From: Diplonema japonicum
Lineage: Eukaryota > Protista > Euglenozoa: Diplonemea
DNA length: 64,000 nucleotides
Assembly (NCBI GenBank): GCA_964019335.1
Contig: OZ025651.1
Location: 124,001-188,000, forward strand
Direction of reading: 5' to 3'
The notes under the pieces are model-generated. The model was not told the origin of the DNA. It saw nothing but the letters and a program-made list of their open reading frames with translations, and did not search any database. Shown here piece after piece: positions 32,401-40,609 of this stretch (the first letter of the stretch is position 1; every line of letters begins with the position of its first letter). The position numbers and the translations under genes are program-made.

Positions 32401-33559
32401 TCTTTGGGTTCGCCGCAGGTGGTGTGGCCCACTCCTGGGCACCGATTTTGATGTTGACTGTGAGGTCACCCCCGATGGGGAGGGATGGGGCGTTCTTCAC
32501 CCCCGTGACAGTCAGACGCACGACGCCCTCAGGCTTGGGACAACGCAGGCGGGCGATGTCTATCTTAGGGTGGTTTGCGACCATGGGGTACACGTAGAAG
32601 TTGGGAACGACGCAGTACTCGGAGAGGTAATGGTTGATGGTGTCGCGAACCTTCTTCTGAAGACCGAAGGACTCCAACGCGCTCCCTACGAAGCCTGTCC
32701 AGTCAAGCTCGAGGACGGGCGGGTTGACAAAAGCGAATTCCAAAGCACCGATGAAGGGAGGTGTGTCGAGGAAGGGCCTGAACCATGTGTAAAGGGTTCC
32801 CGTGAAGGAGAAGTTCTGCACGCCGACAGACCCGACTGACGTCTTCATCTCGAGCTTCATGTCAGATCGGATGGTGATGCCGAGCGAGATCTCAAGGCCA
32901 GACTTCGATTTGCTGGAATCAGTGCCAGTCACGTACCTGGCGGTGATGGGACCGAAGGCGGGGGAGTTCGCACCCAGATCGAAGTGGGTGATGTTACACG
33001 TTACGTTATACGGAGCACAGGCCCTGTTCAGAGCAGGCTGTACTGTGTCAAGAACCGATTGCTTGGCATAGTTTCGGAACCCGGGCCACATGACGCTAAG
33101 CATAGTTGTGAACCATTCCATGCCCTCAGGGAGAGTGTGCTGTTGGTCTGGGTTGGTGGGGTCATTGCCTGTCGCAGACTGTAAACGTCTGACGGCGGTG
33201 TTGAATGAATCCAACGTTAAGGCGCCCACTGCCTTAGCGTGCCTGAGCGACTCTAGTTTGTTAAGTCTTTTTTGAGCCTTCTTCAGCTTTGCCTCTGCTT
33301 GTCGTCGCTTTTCCCTTGCTTGTGACGGTGTTTCGCTCGGTTCTTTCTCTTCTTCTTTCTCGACCTCCTTTTCCTCCTCGTCCTCTTTTTTCTCTTCCTT
33401 TTCCTCCTCGTTTTCCGCTTTCTTCACCTCCTCCTCGGCCTTCTTTACATCGTTTTCAATGGAGTTGGATGCAAGCACTGTTGCTTCGTTAATTTTCGCT
33501 TGTTGCTCTGCGCTTACCCGCTGGTGCTTCACCGGTTCTTTACCCCCGCAGTTTCCCAT
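23441..33559 (-). CDS. Giant extended-synaptotagmin/tricalbin-like protein (3372 aa): four SMP-C2 modules around a central charged helix; N-terminal MGNC acylation motif
   Basis: Four E.(W)xNxxxxxxWP SMP starts (~33130, ~30950, ~27490, ~25665). Each is followed by a P.GV(L/V)R C2 domain (SDPYV/SDSYV/SDAYT, LNPxW, D.EVFDAD in modules 2-4). E/K/R-rich helix at ~27620-28300. The real start is MGNCGGKE at 33559; the upstream ORF extension is homopolymer spacer. Confidence 0.88.
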   Translation of the reverse strand: MGNCGGKEPVKHQRVSAEQQAKINEATVLASNSIENDVKKAEEEVKKAENEEEKEEKKEDEEEKEVEKEEEKEPSETPSQAREKRRQAEAKLKKAQKRLNKLESLRHAKAVGALTLDSFNTAVRRLQSATGNDPTNPDQQHTLPEGMEWFTTMLSVMWPGFRNYAKQSVLDTVQPALNRACAPYNVTCNITHFDLGANSPAFGPITARYVTGTDSSKSKSGLEISLGITIRSDMKLEMKTSVGSVGVQNFSFTGTLYTWFRPFLDTPPFIGALEFAFVNPPVLELDWTGFVGSALESFGLQKKVRDTINHYLSEYCVVPNFYVYPMVANHPKIDIARLRCPKPEGVVRLTVTGVKNAPSLPIGGDLTVNIKIGAQEWATPPAANPKIPRWSKDTATYDFIVYNKDQWVVLELCDGKGDDSVVGTVLNVPVNRLVKRGRISVPITKQHFPVTNSMSEPTSIAVQAAWVSIDPGNTAENECLASIQVSEVNGIPEGLQKHAPFRVQGSAGSACRATKPGVAKPGAITDPMEILKLLRSHGGKTPLTIAKIHGLTLPGDLDLVKQALAHENGKHTMMKTEEGTEWWMSLHYLLDWQAFPEDKTAKWASPSKKEEETISNKDYKRRVAYFESYNILYTWCNKIIATQKLKLSGMRPYYCQVLHLRCEEAAEVELDLISSKTGKKVAGTTIKIADTAVGDEPDAYGPWSLTFTEEIKEAVPEATVCQVSGDVTVRNLKVTDKLPANWNLEADALVAKEEFTEWWMSEQYVMDWAEWKSSIEADDHPASKYLIVGFKGQMWMAADWPGGDKSQAHEEELKRRDEFYTSGKDIVEGSGVNDDKEEALLQCLQAGALTWGDYDTVLAQLRGEPDPPALAETLEWLNMIVSACWPGVMKYTSKMIKETVEPQLQKTAEGYVPGLTVKFNKINLGRKEPAFGTIQCRRQEDGCELAFNGFAFESTIDIQMEITFGKTISIGIQDLLFKGDFLVAMKPLLPGLPLFGAMQIVMPNPPDIDLKLTGNAGGMLQSLKAQIPAIDSMTKAALRQSVAGFCAIPNYYVHPMVSGLDIAELRHPKPIGVLRIDAKEALHLRAGDTDNSDSYVIIKVGDTVKQTKPVTSLNPTWTAEEDSVMDFVVYNLDQIVDIEVFDADIIGSDDTLGALYQKTTVLGGGIDEIRRGIPVRSLRNLGTVALPLQEQLKDEVCTKPNGPTVYELRNVVGHDQIESVVVLQASWMAEREADDDSGVNSNFIASVCIHEAMGLNAGLKPPYTIKVTAGGSSATSNAGTAPPDNSASPSELAKTVLSLKTSGQTLEKIAKALNITLKLVQATSELAPDSLKKADLEALKKWHAECVTARSLHRRGTVPQFNQAMHVPFSATRETDLKGNGYVCPVTIELLNSSKKVIGTAVQDVSIGNPVNKSIQLEVETAPGAAVRCGITLTAYKGKTFSQKDLTEEEDVLGLTVYEGPEFVDTPSGVQPKIGAYVCARNLVKAVELNWKVTNKKQGQLVKRGDRPKPEGKIIGWTQDNARAVVDFGSHWGEWRVKPENLCNAPLPLPPPPPPEKLYIVSDEVMEVEGEFDVMHIKKCRGMHYWEREAYGEGEIWRIFTDEAGRWAVGPAHMEGVAYIRTVQPHHGRFPHMMGHSIDPVYTALTEEEIAELTSPRILWQRMDIDLDAGEETVWVDDATIEITITKPIAREHEEVLDEMHDQIIEDIMEDLEADLLEDIEADLQADLEADLQADLENDLEAEMADEIEIEEYDEAAAAAEEAEAEEAARLAEEEEERQRQEEEEAEAARLAEEEERRRQEEEERQREEEERRREEEERKRDEEEERQRQEEAEKQRKTEEAAASRKNEEEQERKRKEEEEQKQKAEEAKKRSEEERLKKEAEEKKRKAEEEKKRKEEEKKKKEEEERKRKEAEKKKKEEEERKKKEEAERKKREEAERKRKEEEERRRKEELRKKKAEAERKKREQERKAKKAAKRKGKMETLQKALELGAINKMDHVTALRRLQAVTGDDPTNPGRAYTLPETMQWFTTTVEVIWPHLRTLLSDKLREICAPALEEVSSNIEITKMDLGNHSPAFGPISAKFLEKESIEIGLGLTYTASVDIRFKVGDEEAVVQRLKFVGTMYFWLRPFLNRVPFIGGMQAAFANAPTVKFMFTTAKSLAYRRAQQVIQRAVEKTLSENCVVPNFITVPFGESQELQTAFASPIPQGVLRLTIVRGNDLEAADEGFNPTSDPYVTVSVGAQKWQTETKSETLSPVWESGNTHNFMVYSPEQWVCLDVYDEDEGKTDDHLGGVVGLPVNRLILRCMDKDNKAGTVDLPLQRNNQPVQGEEGDVSTITVKAEWLTVDQNQASVGESLIAVTLKDLEGLPTNYEGPFRIRVQTDKNTIKTSKPSTPLQQGQSARSLFKMIAHLSKDGKTASYISDTVSVPVTLVQAAITIINNNCGQSMATIATTIDDESLAEWVDTAQAFLTKRDASGHPYFLDTVYLHTQSLGSKLKLELLDSSNEVMGSSEITLADDKLGDEPDAEGPFEIPLPASRGTVLLNGHATVSSLVAKGVPASWNPRSKRHKAMGDKRKQKGNEDLIKQNAGGKLTNEKEEALSECLKAGSLTWGDYDILIGKLRGESDRTSIAETLEWVNMIIIRIWPMFRTFLEGKIRTDVNDQLKISAASLPGQSWTGLGVDVKKVDLGAKEPSFTSIEAWKKEKDNKTGVAISFNNITYDSNIDLELEVTVGGYASQVRVKDLKLKATLCVELHDLTSELPFIGSIEAYFPNPPHVDVSLDVAGNKEIPGMRSLSVGAVNAILAREVVLPNSLYWNAQGTKKTVREPEGVLKLSILRAKHLLAGDMAVRYLKDANSDAYTYVRLGSQIFSTAQITSLNPEWLETFNLLVHDKRQWVDLEVFDADIKSDDSLGAILQKETILGGGTELISRGIPVEALCRKIWNADDRNKDHVALALMLCEKDTDLSVDTDPYKGARVLYKGGGKHNGSVQFEDGSVLDEGDEGVVVEIDNTTKPFSTFTCEFPKCVAGLHAGDLTVTRPLIVNKMTEIVGDDGNPSLLHVFPEWLSTKNKGQHTSHLITITPTHIENAPSLDEQDLGGPFKLQFTAEEPSVATEKCGVVTTPAAHPETPCDTPLADFISAIVKMDEKGSNHKDIAASLQLSEELVKEGLELFAVPSLDGKPSGVETKLVILPKEGKKGKKLGGWALVKGELEKDARKRLRKALNVPMGCRLVLKNESGEQISLNYESISSQVGKLTYSMEMSPTAYSWQARARAHVDKLRTASAPHFSQPVNLVTATPTLPTLRLELLSSSNGVLGTTKIMPPYNEEVYSVQVKQEASGGWGFGMGAKEGYSFDLAVFMRLETCKLNMMN
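27620..28300 (-). repeat. E/K/R low-complexity coding repeat (single-alpha-helix/coiled-coil-like spacer)
   Basis: EEEERRRQEEEERQREEEERRR...KKKEEEERKRK alternating charge blocks. Confidence 0.85.
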
Positions 33560-34652
33560 GTTCCCTGCCTTACAAGAAACGCCCCACCGCGACGATGTGT
33601 TGCTATTGCTTTTGTGTACAAGGAAAAAGAAGAACGGAAAAGGATGGGGTGTGCGTGTGTGTTTTTTCTTTTTTGTTTTGTTTTTCTTCTTTTGTTTTTT
33701 TGTTTTCTGTCGATAGATTATTCTGCGGTACGGTATAAAAAAAAAGAAAACAAAATGCATGCGGTAAAACAAAAACGAAAAAGAATGTGGGAAACGTGGA
33801 GGGGGAGGGGGTGGATAGCTTTGTTGTGTAAAAACAAGGGAAACAGAACGAAAAAAAAAGAGAAAAAGAAAACTGCACTATTGATCAAGGGGAGAAAGAG
33901 AGAGGGGGAAGGGGGAAGGGTGTTAGTAATAAACCCGCCAGTAAAAAAAAAAAGAAGGAAGAAAAAAATAAATTTGATCTAAATCGGATAAAAGGAAACT
34001 CGTTCTTCACTATTGTCCGGAGGAAAGCATAGACACGTAAAATAAAATAAATAAATAAAAAAAGCCCCAAAAATCCAAGCCACAGCCTTTTTGGCTGCGG
34101 CATCTCTTTTATGTTTATGCAAAATAACGTATTTCGGTAACGCCTCGCCTCGTGCTGCGTGTGGAAGAAGAATACCCCTTGTTCCAAGGGCACATAGAAT
34201 ATACTGGTGTCTCGTCATGCATCATTGAAGTGCTTTAGTTTATTTTTTTTTGGGGGGGGGACGAACGCCAGATAAACTGGCCATAGATAGTCGAACACCC
34301 TCACCTCTTTTTTTTTGTCCCTTTCTTTTTTTTTTTCTCTTTTTTTGGAAAGAGACGATCCAGCAGTGAGAGGGGAAAAGAAAAAAAAAACTAGCATTTT
34401 CGCGGTTGGCATTTTCGCGCTCACCCGATACAAGGGAAAAAAAAACGGTAAATAATAACACACAAGAAGGGGGCGGGGGGGGCTAGGGGGGGTCATAAGG
34501 GGGTCGTTATTTGCCCTTTTTCAGGCTCTTCGCCAAGGGCATTTTGGGCCCTTAAAAAAACTGTACCCACCCCAAAAGTGCCCACAAATCACCCAAACCC
34601 CCGTTTCCCGATGTTTTCCGGCCCCAGAAGTGCCCAGAATCATGTTCTAATT

Positions 34653-34750
34653 TTGGGGCCCCCGTTTGGTACTTTCCCTATGTAATCCTAGGGAACATAA
34701 AATAGGGGCCCCTAGGATTACATAGGGAAAGTACCAAACGGGGGCCCCAA
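34653..34750. repeat. Perfect 41-bp inverted repeat with 16-nt spacer
   Basis: 34653-34693 is the exact reverse complement of 34710-34750. Confidence 0.95.
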
Positions 34751-35332
34751 GAGAAAACAAAACGAAAAAGAATAAGTATATGAACAGGATGAGGCGTGAT
34801 GCAGGGAACAAGCCCCAATATGGATTGGTGGGTAGCAGAATCGCTCGAACTTGTAGTTTTTTTTTTTTTCTTTTTTTCTTTTTTTTTTTTTCTTTCTTTT
34901 TTCCCTCTCGATCGAGCAAAGAAGTGCGTCAACTGAAAAAAAACTTTAGTTTAATTATTTTGCCCGACACGGGAAGAAGAAAAAAAAAGAATAAATGATT
35001 ACAAGCTCTACTCAACATGTACTCTACGCAAAAAAAAGTTAGAATTGTGAGCCTCCACATCGTGCCGACAAGAATGGCATCTGTGAGGGCAAAGGCCCCT
35101 CGTACCTTGACTCCCTCAAGCGGAAGTTCTGTCGCTCCTGAGACCATACACGGCCATTGACGTTGGGGAGGAAAAAAAAATCTCTTTCTTCTTGCCACTT
35201 CCTGCCCAGTTTCTTAAGGTCCTTCTTGGTATTCTCTGATGCAAAAACTAGTTTGGCGCTCCATTTGTTTGTGCGCACGAGCGCTGCAAAAAACTGGCCT
35301 TCTGTTCCATCCCAGAATGAAAAAGAGAAGGG

Positions 35333-35382
<50 letters not shown>

Positions 35383-35390
35383 ATCCAGCA

Positions 35391-35847
35391 TCATAGTATT
35401 GCACAATTCGAGCACGTTGCCTGTTTTTTTTTTTTTTTTTTCTTTCTTTTTTTTTTTTTTTTTTCAAACCTCTTGCGGCCGGTACCCCGCTATTGGGCTG
35501 TAGAGATCGTCCTCTGAAACACGTGGTGAGGGAGTGTAGAGGAGGTGTCCTCGCCGTTTCCGCTTTTTCTTCACGATTTCTATTATCTCATCCTCGTCTT
35601 CATCCTCATCGTGCCCTGCCAGCGTGGCCTCATAAACCGGGCTCACGTAATCATCGTCAACATCTGTGCTTATTATATCGCACTCCTCCAGCAGGGTGGA
35701 AAGCGACTTCCCGAGGTCGTCCGCCCACACGACCTTCCGGGCATCGTGTAAAGCTGTTGTGGTGGATGATCGCGAGCGTCTGGAAGAGCACGATTGCAGC
35801 CTCACAGAGACCACGGGTGTGGGCGTGATGCTAGCCGGGACGGGCAT
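35391..35847 (-). CDS. Small protein with PP1-docking RVxW motif and C-terminal CaaX box; 2 exons, 135 aa
   Basis: ATG 35847; RKVVWADDLGKSL. Removing intron 35421-35469 gives ...RPQE|ATCSNCAIL*. The spliced length of 408 nt is in frame. Confidence 0.72.
35421..35469 (-). other. Spliceosomal intron, 49 nt, almost pure poly(A)
   Basis: GAG|GTTTG(A)nGAAAG(A)nCAG|GCA. Yields a CaaX terminus. Confidence 0.7.
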
Positions 35848-36106
35848 GTATTCCCCTGCCCCTTCCCACACCCCCTTCCCCCTTTGTTTCAATGAATTTT
35901 CTTCTTTTTTTTCTTTTTGAGAAAAGCAACGTACACGGTAATCAAATAACTTCTTTTCCACACGGTAACCTCTGACATTCTTATGCCTCATAGGGGTTTA
36001 GCATGAAATGTAGCAAAGGTCTGCTTACAGACTAGGGTGGGAATAGTTATTTGGTTACCGTGTAAGTTGTTTTTTTCTCTCGCTTTTCTTTGTTGGAGAG
36101 GGAAAT

Positions 36107-36138
<32 letters not shown>

Positions 36139-36140
<2 letters not shown>

Positions 36141-36843
36141 AGAATCCAAGAAGGCGGTATGCCAAGGAGGCGAGCACTCCAGACGAAAGGAGAATGGCAA
36201 GTGTGAAGACCCGTATCGGCGAAACCAGTTTTTTTTTCGATCGGGCTGAGATCATCGCGTCTGTGAGCTGCTGGCGGGTGTCCTGCAAGGTGCCGTTGTT
36301 GTGGATCACGTAGTCGGCCAGTTTTTCTTTTTTCGCGTTGGGCATGGCTGCAGCGATGCGCTGCTCTGCGTGGGCGGTGGTGTACTTGTTCCTGTCGACA
36401 AGGCGCTGCACCTGGAGGTCGTGCGGGAGGGTCGTCACGATAACCGCCTCGCAGATGTACGCAAAGATCTTTGTTTCAAAAAGTAACGGGATGTCCAACA
36501 CGACGCACGGGAACCGCTTAACGTAGACGGCCCAAAGGATCTCCTTGACCATCCCCGTGAAGATCGGGCCTTGTGTGATATTCACCAGTTTCTTCCGTTG
36601 CTCTTTGTCAGCGAAGACAATTTCGCCTAGTTTTTCGCGATTCACCTCACCCTCGGGGCCGATCACCCCTTCGTGATGCCCGAAGACCCTGCCCACCTCC
36701 TTCGCTGCCGGGCTCCCTTTTTCCATAATCTTATGCGAAATTGTGTCGGCATCCACAATGTACACCCCCTCGTCTTCTCGAAGCATTTTGGATATTGTGG
36801 TCTTGCCACATGCAATCCCACCGGTGAGACCGATAATTTGCAT
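36139..36843 (-). CDS. coaE: Dephospho-CoA kinase with C-terminal membrane anchor
   Basis: IIGLTGGIACGKTT P-loop, IVDAD, NREKLGEIVF, VVLDIPLLFE, QRLVDRN, ADYVIHNNG, hydrophobic C-terminus (DCAKD-like). Confidence 0.95.
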
Positions 36844-37102
36844 TTTCTTTTTCTTCTTTTTTTTTCCCTCTATAGTTTGTTACCATAGAATTGAAGAAAT
36901 ATTATAAAATCGAATCCAGCAGGATCGGGTTTTTTTTGGGGGGGTATTGTGGTGGTGGTGGGGAAGTGAAAAGGCGGCTTTTCAAAGCTCTTTTCTTTAA
37001 AAAAAAAAAGAAAAGAGAGAGAGAAAAAAAAAAGATACACTAAAATTGATGTCACTTATGGAAAAAAAAAGGGGGGTAATTGTTTCTTTTTAAAATTTAA
37101 AA

Positions 37103-38876
37103 TCATTTTGATTCCTCTTTGTTTCCTTCTTTCTTCTCGTCGTTCGCCTCTTTGGCTTTGGTGGATTTCTTCGACTTCTTGGGCTTGATTTTTCGCACCA
37201 CTGCCCGTTCTGCCCTCATGACAAACATCTCAAACTCCTCAAATTGCTCGATGATTACCTGGGTTTTTTATTATTTTATTTTTCCCCATTCACCGCTCCC
37301 CTCCACACACCTCAGGTTCAGACTCCGCAAAGTCCTTTACATCTGCCTCCTTCACAGCAACTGGTGCAACGTTTGCAATCCTTGCTTTCGAAAGGTTACG
37401 GATGCTGTTTTTTTCTCTTTTTCTTTTTCTTCTCTTTCATACCTAATAGGCTGTGCCCCCGTCTCTCCCTCTTTCTCTGCCCAAAGGATGCACTTCACAC
37501 CAGGCATGGGCCTGGAGCCAATGACAGTGTAGTTCGCCTCCTTCCCTTCCTTGTCACTGAAGACAAGCGTCATCCCATGCTGTACCTTGATTCCATCTTG
37601 TACGCTGTGTGTAATGTCGTTCTCATTCTTTTTCATTCTTTCTCCCCACATACGTGAAGACAGCCAGGGCTTCGCTACGCTTGTCGAACTTGCAGAATGC
37701 GGGAGGGACCGTGGGGTCGCCAGTGCTCATTGGGAACCCAAAGGTGCACTCCGTGGGCCACGGGAAGTCCTTGACGGTGGGCGGTTGCCAAGTCTGAGTA
37801 AGATTGTGTTTTCGGTTTTTCGTTCATACCTTCCGCAGAGACTTGGCCATCCTCCATGCGTGGAAACACTCGATGTTCATTTTAGAGCGCTCGATAGTGT
37901 GCACCATCTTGGCATGCTCCTTCAGTTGCTGCTGCTCCGTCGCGCTCAGGGGGTTGAGCTTCACCTTCCCACAGACTTCCATGAACTGCCTGTACGCATC
38001 GAGCATCTCACTGTCAAAGATCCCTGCACCTGGCTCCCCTGCGACGTGGAACCACATGCCTGTCTCGGAGCTTTCAGGGTGGCGGCCCACACCCACCACC
38101 ACCATTTCGAACATTTCTTTCGGGTTCTCCGGGTTCGTCACCCGCAGCTTCTGCCCGTGAACGAAGCCGTACGGCTTGCACACCATGTCCCTCACATCGA
38201 ACATCCCAAGCACAGGGGTGTCCCCACAGGGGTACGCGAAGTCGAGCTGCATCTTGTCCAACGGCATAGAGGCTCCTTTCCCTCCCATGTCCATGCCAGG
38301 GGGCATACCCTTTCCGCCCTTGCCCCCGTACATTTCCATGTCAGGAGGGGGCATTCCCATGCCCTTCCCGCCTTTGCCCCTGTACATTTCCATGTCAGGT
38401 GCACCTTTCATGCCGCCCTTGCCCCCGTACATTCCCATGTCAGGTGCGCCCCCTTTGCCCCCGTACATGTCCATGCCAGGAGGCATTCCTTTGCCTTTGC
38501 CCCCATACATGCCCATATCAGGTGCCATTCCCTTTCCACCCTTGCCCCCGTACATGTCCATTCCCATGTCAGGTGCGCCCTTTCCACCCTTGCCCCCGTA
38601 CATGTCCATACCAGGAGGCATTCCTTTGCCTCCATACATGTCAGGTGCGCCCTTCATGCCCTTGCCCCCGTACATGTCCATTCCCATGTCAGGTGCGCCC
38701 TTCATGCCCTTGCCCCCGTACATCCCCATGCCAGGGTCCTGTTGGAAGTCCCCCCTGTTTCCCATTCCGCCACCCCCGTACCCACCTTTGCTCGGGCCTC
38801 CATAGCTTTTCCCACCGCCCCGGCTGTTGTACCTGCAGCCTGTCCTTCTCACAATCGCTGTCATTACAGACTTCAT
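37103..38876 (-). CDS. Putative mitochondrial protein with (DMYGGKGGKG)n low-complexity region and two copies of a small W/G-containing domain; 5 exons, 532 aa
   Basis: ATG 38876 (MKSVMTAIVRRTGCRYNS). Introns 37794-37829, 37605-37653, 37405-37442 and 37259-37310 are all GT-AG and give one 1599-nt ORF to TGA at 37103. Duplicated unit F.Y/FP...FD....HG..L.....V(V/I)G.....W....GE.GA. Confidence 0.8.
37259..37310 (-). other. Spliceosomal intron, 52 nt, purine-rich
   Basis: GAG|GTGTGT...AACCCAG|GTA. Confidence 0.75.
37405..37442 (-). other. Spliceosomal intron, 38 nt, A/G only between GTAT and CAG
   Basis: AG|GTATGAAAGAGAAGAAAAAGAAAAAGAGAAAAAAACAG|C. Confidence 0.8.
37605..37653 (-). other. Spliceosomal intron, 49 nt
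   Basis: AC|GTATGT...ACACAG|C. Confidence 0.8.
37794..37829 (-). other. Spliceosomal intron, 36 nt (contains the in-frame stop that ends ORF 37824..38960)
   Basis: AAG|GTATGA...ACTCAG|ACT. Confidence 0.8.
38270..38740 (-). repeat. Coding tandem repeat (M/G/K/P/D/Y), units such as PDMGMDMYGGKGGKG
   Basis: Repeated ccttgcccccgtacatgtccat units. Confidence 0.9.
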
Positions 38877-39129
38877 CTTCCCCTTCCTCCTGTTTTGTTT
38901 TGTTTTTGTTTGGTTCCGAGAAAGCCACCAAAAAGATAAAATAAAGAGGCTCTTGAGCATAATTCAGAGAGAGAAAGAAGAAGAAGAAACCGTATTAACT
39001 AAAGTCAAAATGGAAAGAAAAAAAAAAGGAAAAATAAGCGCGATGTTTAGGACGAGAAGGCCCCACGTGGACAGCTCTACGAAAGAGCATAAAAAAGCTA
39101 ATCAAAAACACAAGAATATTTTATTGCAC

Positions 39130-40356
39130 TTAAGCTGATACCTTCTCGTCTTCGCCATCCGAGATGGCTTCATGAAGCCAACCAGCTACTACATCAGCAG
39201 TTTTCAAGGTGGTTTCGGATATTATCTTCATGTTCTGCAGTGTGATCGACTTCATCTTACTTGACGCTGCAGGCAGGTTGTGTTCAGGTCCTGGTGGATG
39301 CGTAACAGAGAGGTGCGATGCCAGCGCATGAAGCCGCGCCACAACAGGCGGCCAAGCACAGTCGGCCGAAGGTAACGAGATGGTAATGTTGCCAGGGTGC
39401 AGTATAAGGACACGGCCCGACTTTTTAGGAAGATAGCGCACCCTTACAATGTGAGGATTCTCTATCGAATTCCTCACATAGCTGAGCTTCCCTTGCTTTT
39501 CCCTGAACACATGGGAGTCTCCATCTTCCGATTTAAATCTAACTTCTATGCCGGTAGGCTCTATATGTGGAACGACCACATCCCCAGAGGACGCTAAGCT
39601 TTCATCGTCTTGATGGCGCAATGTCAGCGATACTGACAGTCCGCAGGCGCCAAGCTTCTCTCGAGCATCGTTGGGACTCGTTACTAGAAAAAAAATTTTT
39701 CTTTCTCTTTTTCTTTTTTTTTCTTCCGGATACCAAAATGTCCGTTTACATGTGTAAGTTGCATTCCAAGACATTGTGCGAGCTTGCAACGCGAGGCTGG
39801 TGTGTCCTCTTCAATCTTGAAATTTTTAATTTGAAAAAAACGAGGGGGGGAATACCGTTTTCACCATCATGTCCACAACTGTGAACCCCAGCTTCTCCTC
39901 CATCGATGTCCTCGTGAGGAGGATGGTCAGCTCGTCGTTATTCGAAAGTGTCTCAGAGGGTTCCCGTTGTGTCTCCATTCCTAAGGAGCACTGCACCCCG
40001 GCTGTCGTCATGGCGCGGGGGTACTCTCGTGATGTGTACTGTATTAAGATGTCCATCGTTTTGTCAAACCAGTCGTTGCTTACTTCTGCTCTTGCTTCGC
40101 ATTCCTGGTGTTGCAGCTTGCACACCAATAATGGCAGCCCAGAGCAACCTCTGCAAACCCTCTGCGGCTTTGTGTAACCTATAGCTGGCAATACCCGTCG
40201 TTCCTTTGTGCAGTCCGAGCAAAAGAGGCCCCCGCACCGTCTGCAATGGTGCCGCCTCCTTACTATCGAGAACTCCATGCTGCACCCATCGCAGATCCCG
40301 TCCGTGTCATGCTTCCATTCGGGGCGTTTGTAGATTGTGGGCTGCGAAGGTGGCAT
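39130..40356 (-). CDS. FYVE zinc finger + PDZ-like domain protein; 3 exons, 378 aa
   Basis: WxxD, CDGC, RRRHHCRRCG, CSDC, RVCRGC. Introns 39816-39855 and 39684-39733 join ORFs into EEKLGFTVVDMMVKT|IEEDTPASRC..GMQLTHVNGHF|VTSP. The spliced length is 1137 nt. Confidence 0.85.
39684..39733 (-). other. Spliceosomal intron, 50 nt
   Basis: G|GTATCC...TTCTAG|TA. Confidence 0.8.
39816..39855 (-). other. Spliceosomal intron, 40 nt
   Basis: ACG|GTATTC...TTCAAG|ATT. Confidence 0.8.
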
Positions 40357-40609
40357 CTTCACCCCAATACACCCTTTTTTTCTTTGTTTTTTTCCCCCCC
40401 CACTTTTTTTACGGACTACTAAAATCAAAAAAAACAAAAATCCACAGTGGGGGGGGGGGATGCCAGCCACGTCCAATGACTACCAATGATCTAACGTTGT
40501 TGCATTGGGAAGGGCGTGCTTTCTTTTTTTTATTTTCTTAAATAAGCTTCTTCGTGTTTTACAGAAAGAAGAAGAAAAAAACTGAGGGAGAGAGCATTTC
40601 TACAACACA

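Noticed and set aside
7808-33716. Many long plus-strand ORFs (e.g. 11090..12013, 19137..19847, 21686..22570, 26997..28790)
   Set aside because: Antisense shadows of GC-rich or repetitive minus-strand genes; no independent motifs.
35045-35320. Mid-GC island with an open minus-strand frame (WDGTEGQFFAALVRTNKWSA...)
   Set aside because: No start, splice support or recognisable motif; possibly a retroelement remnant but not supportable.
19170-38740. Tandem repeats as possible CRISPR arrays
   Set aside because: They are in-frame coding repeats without unique spacers; eukaryotic context, no cas genes.
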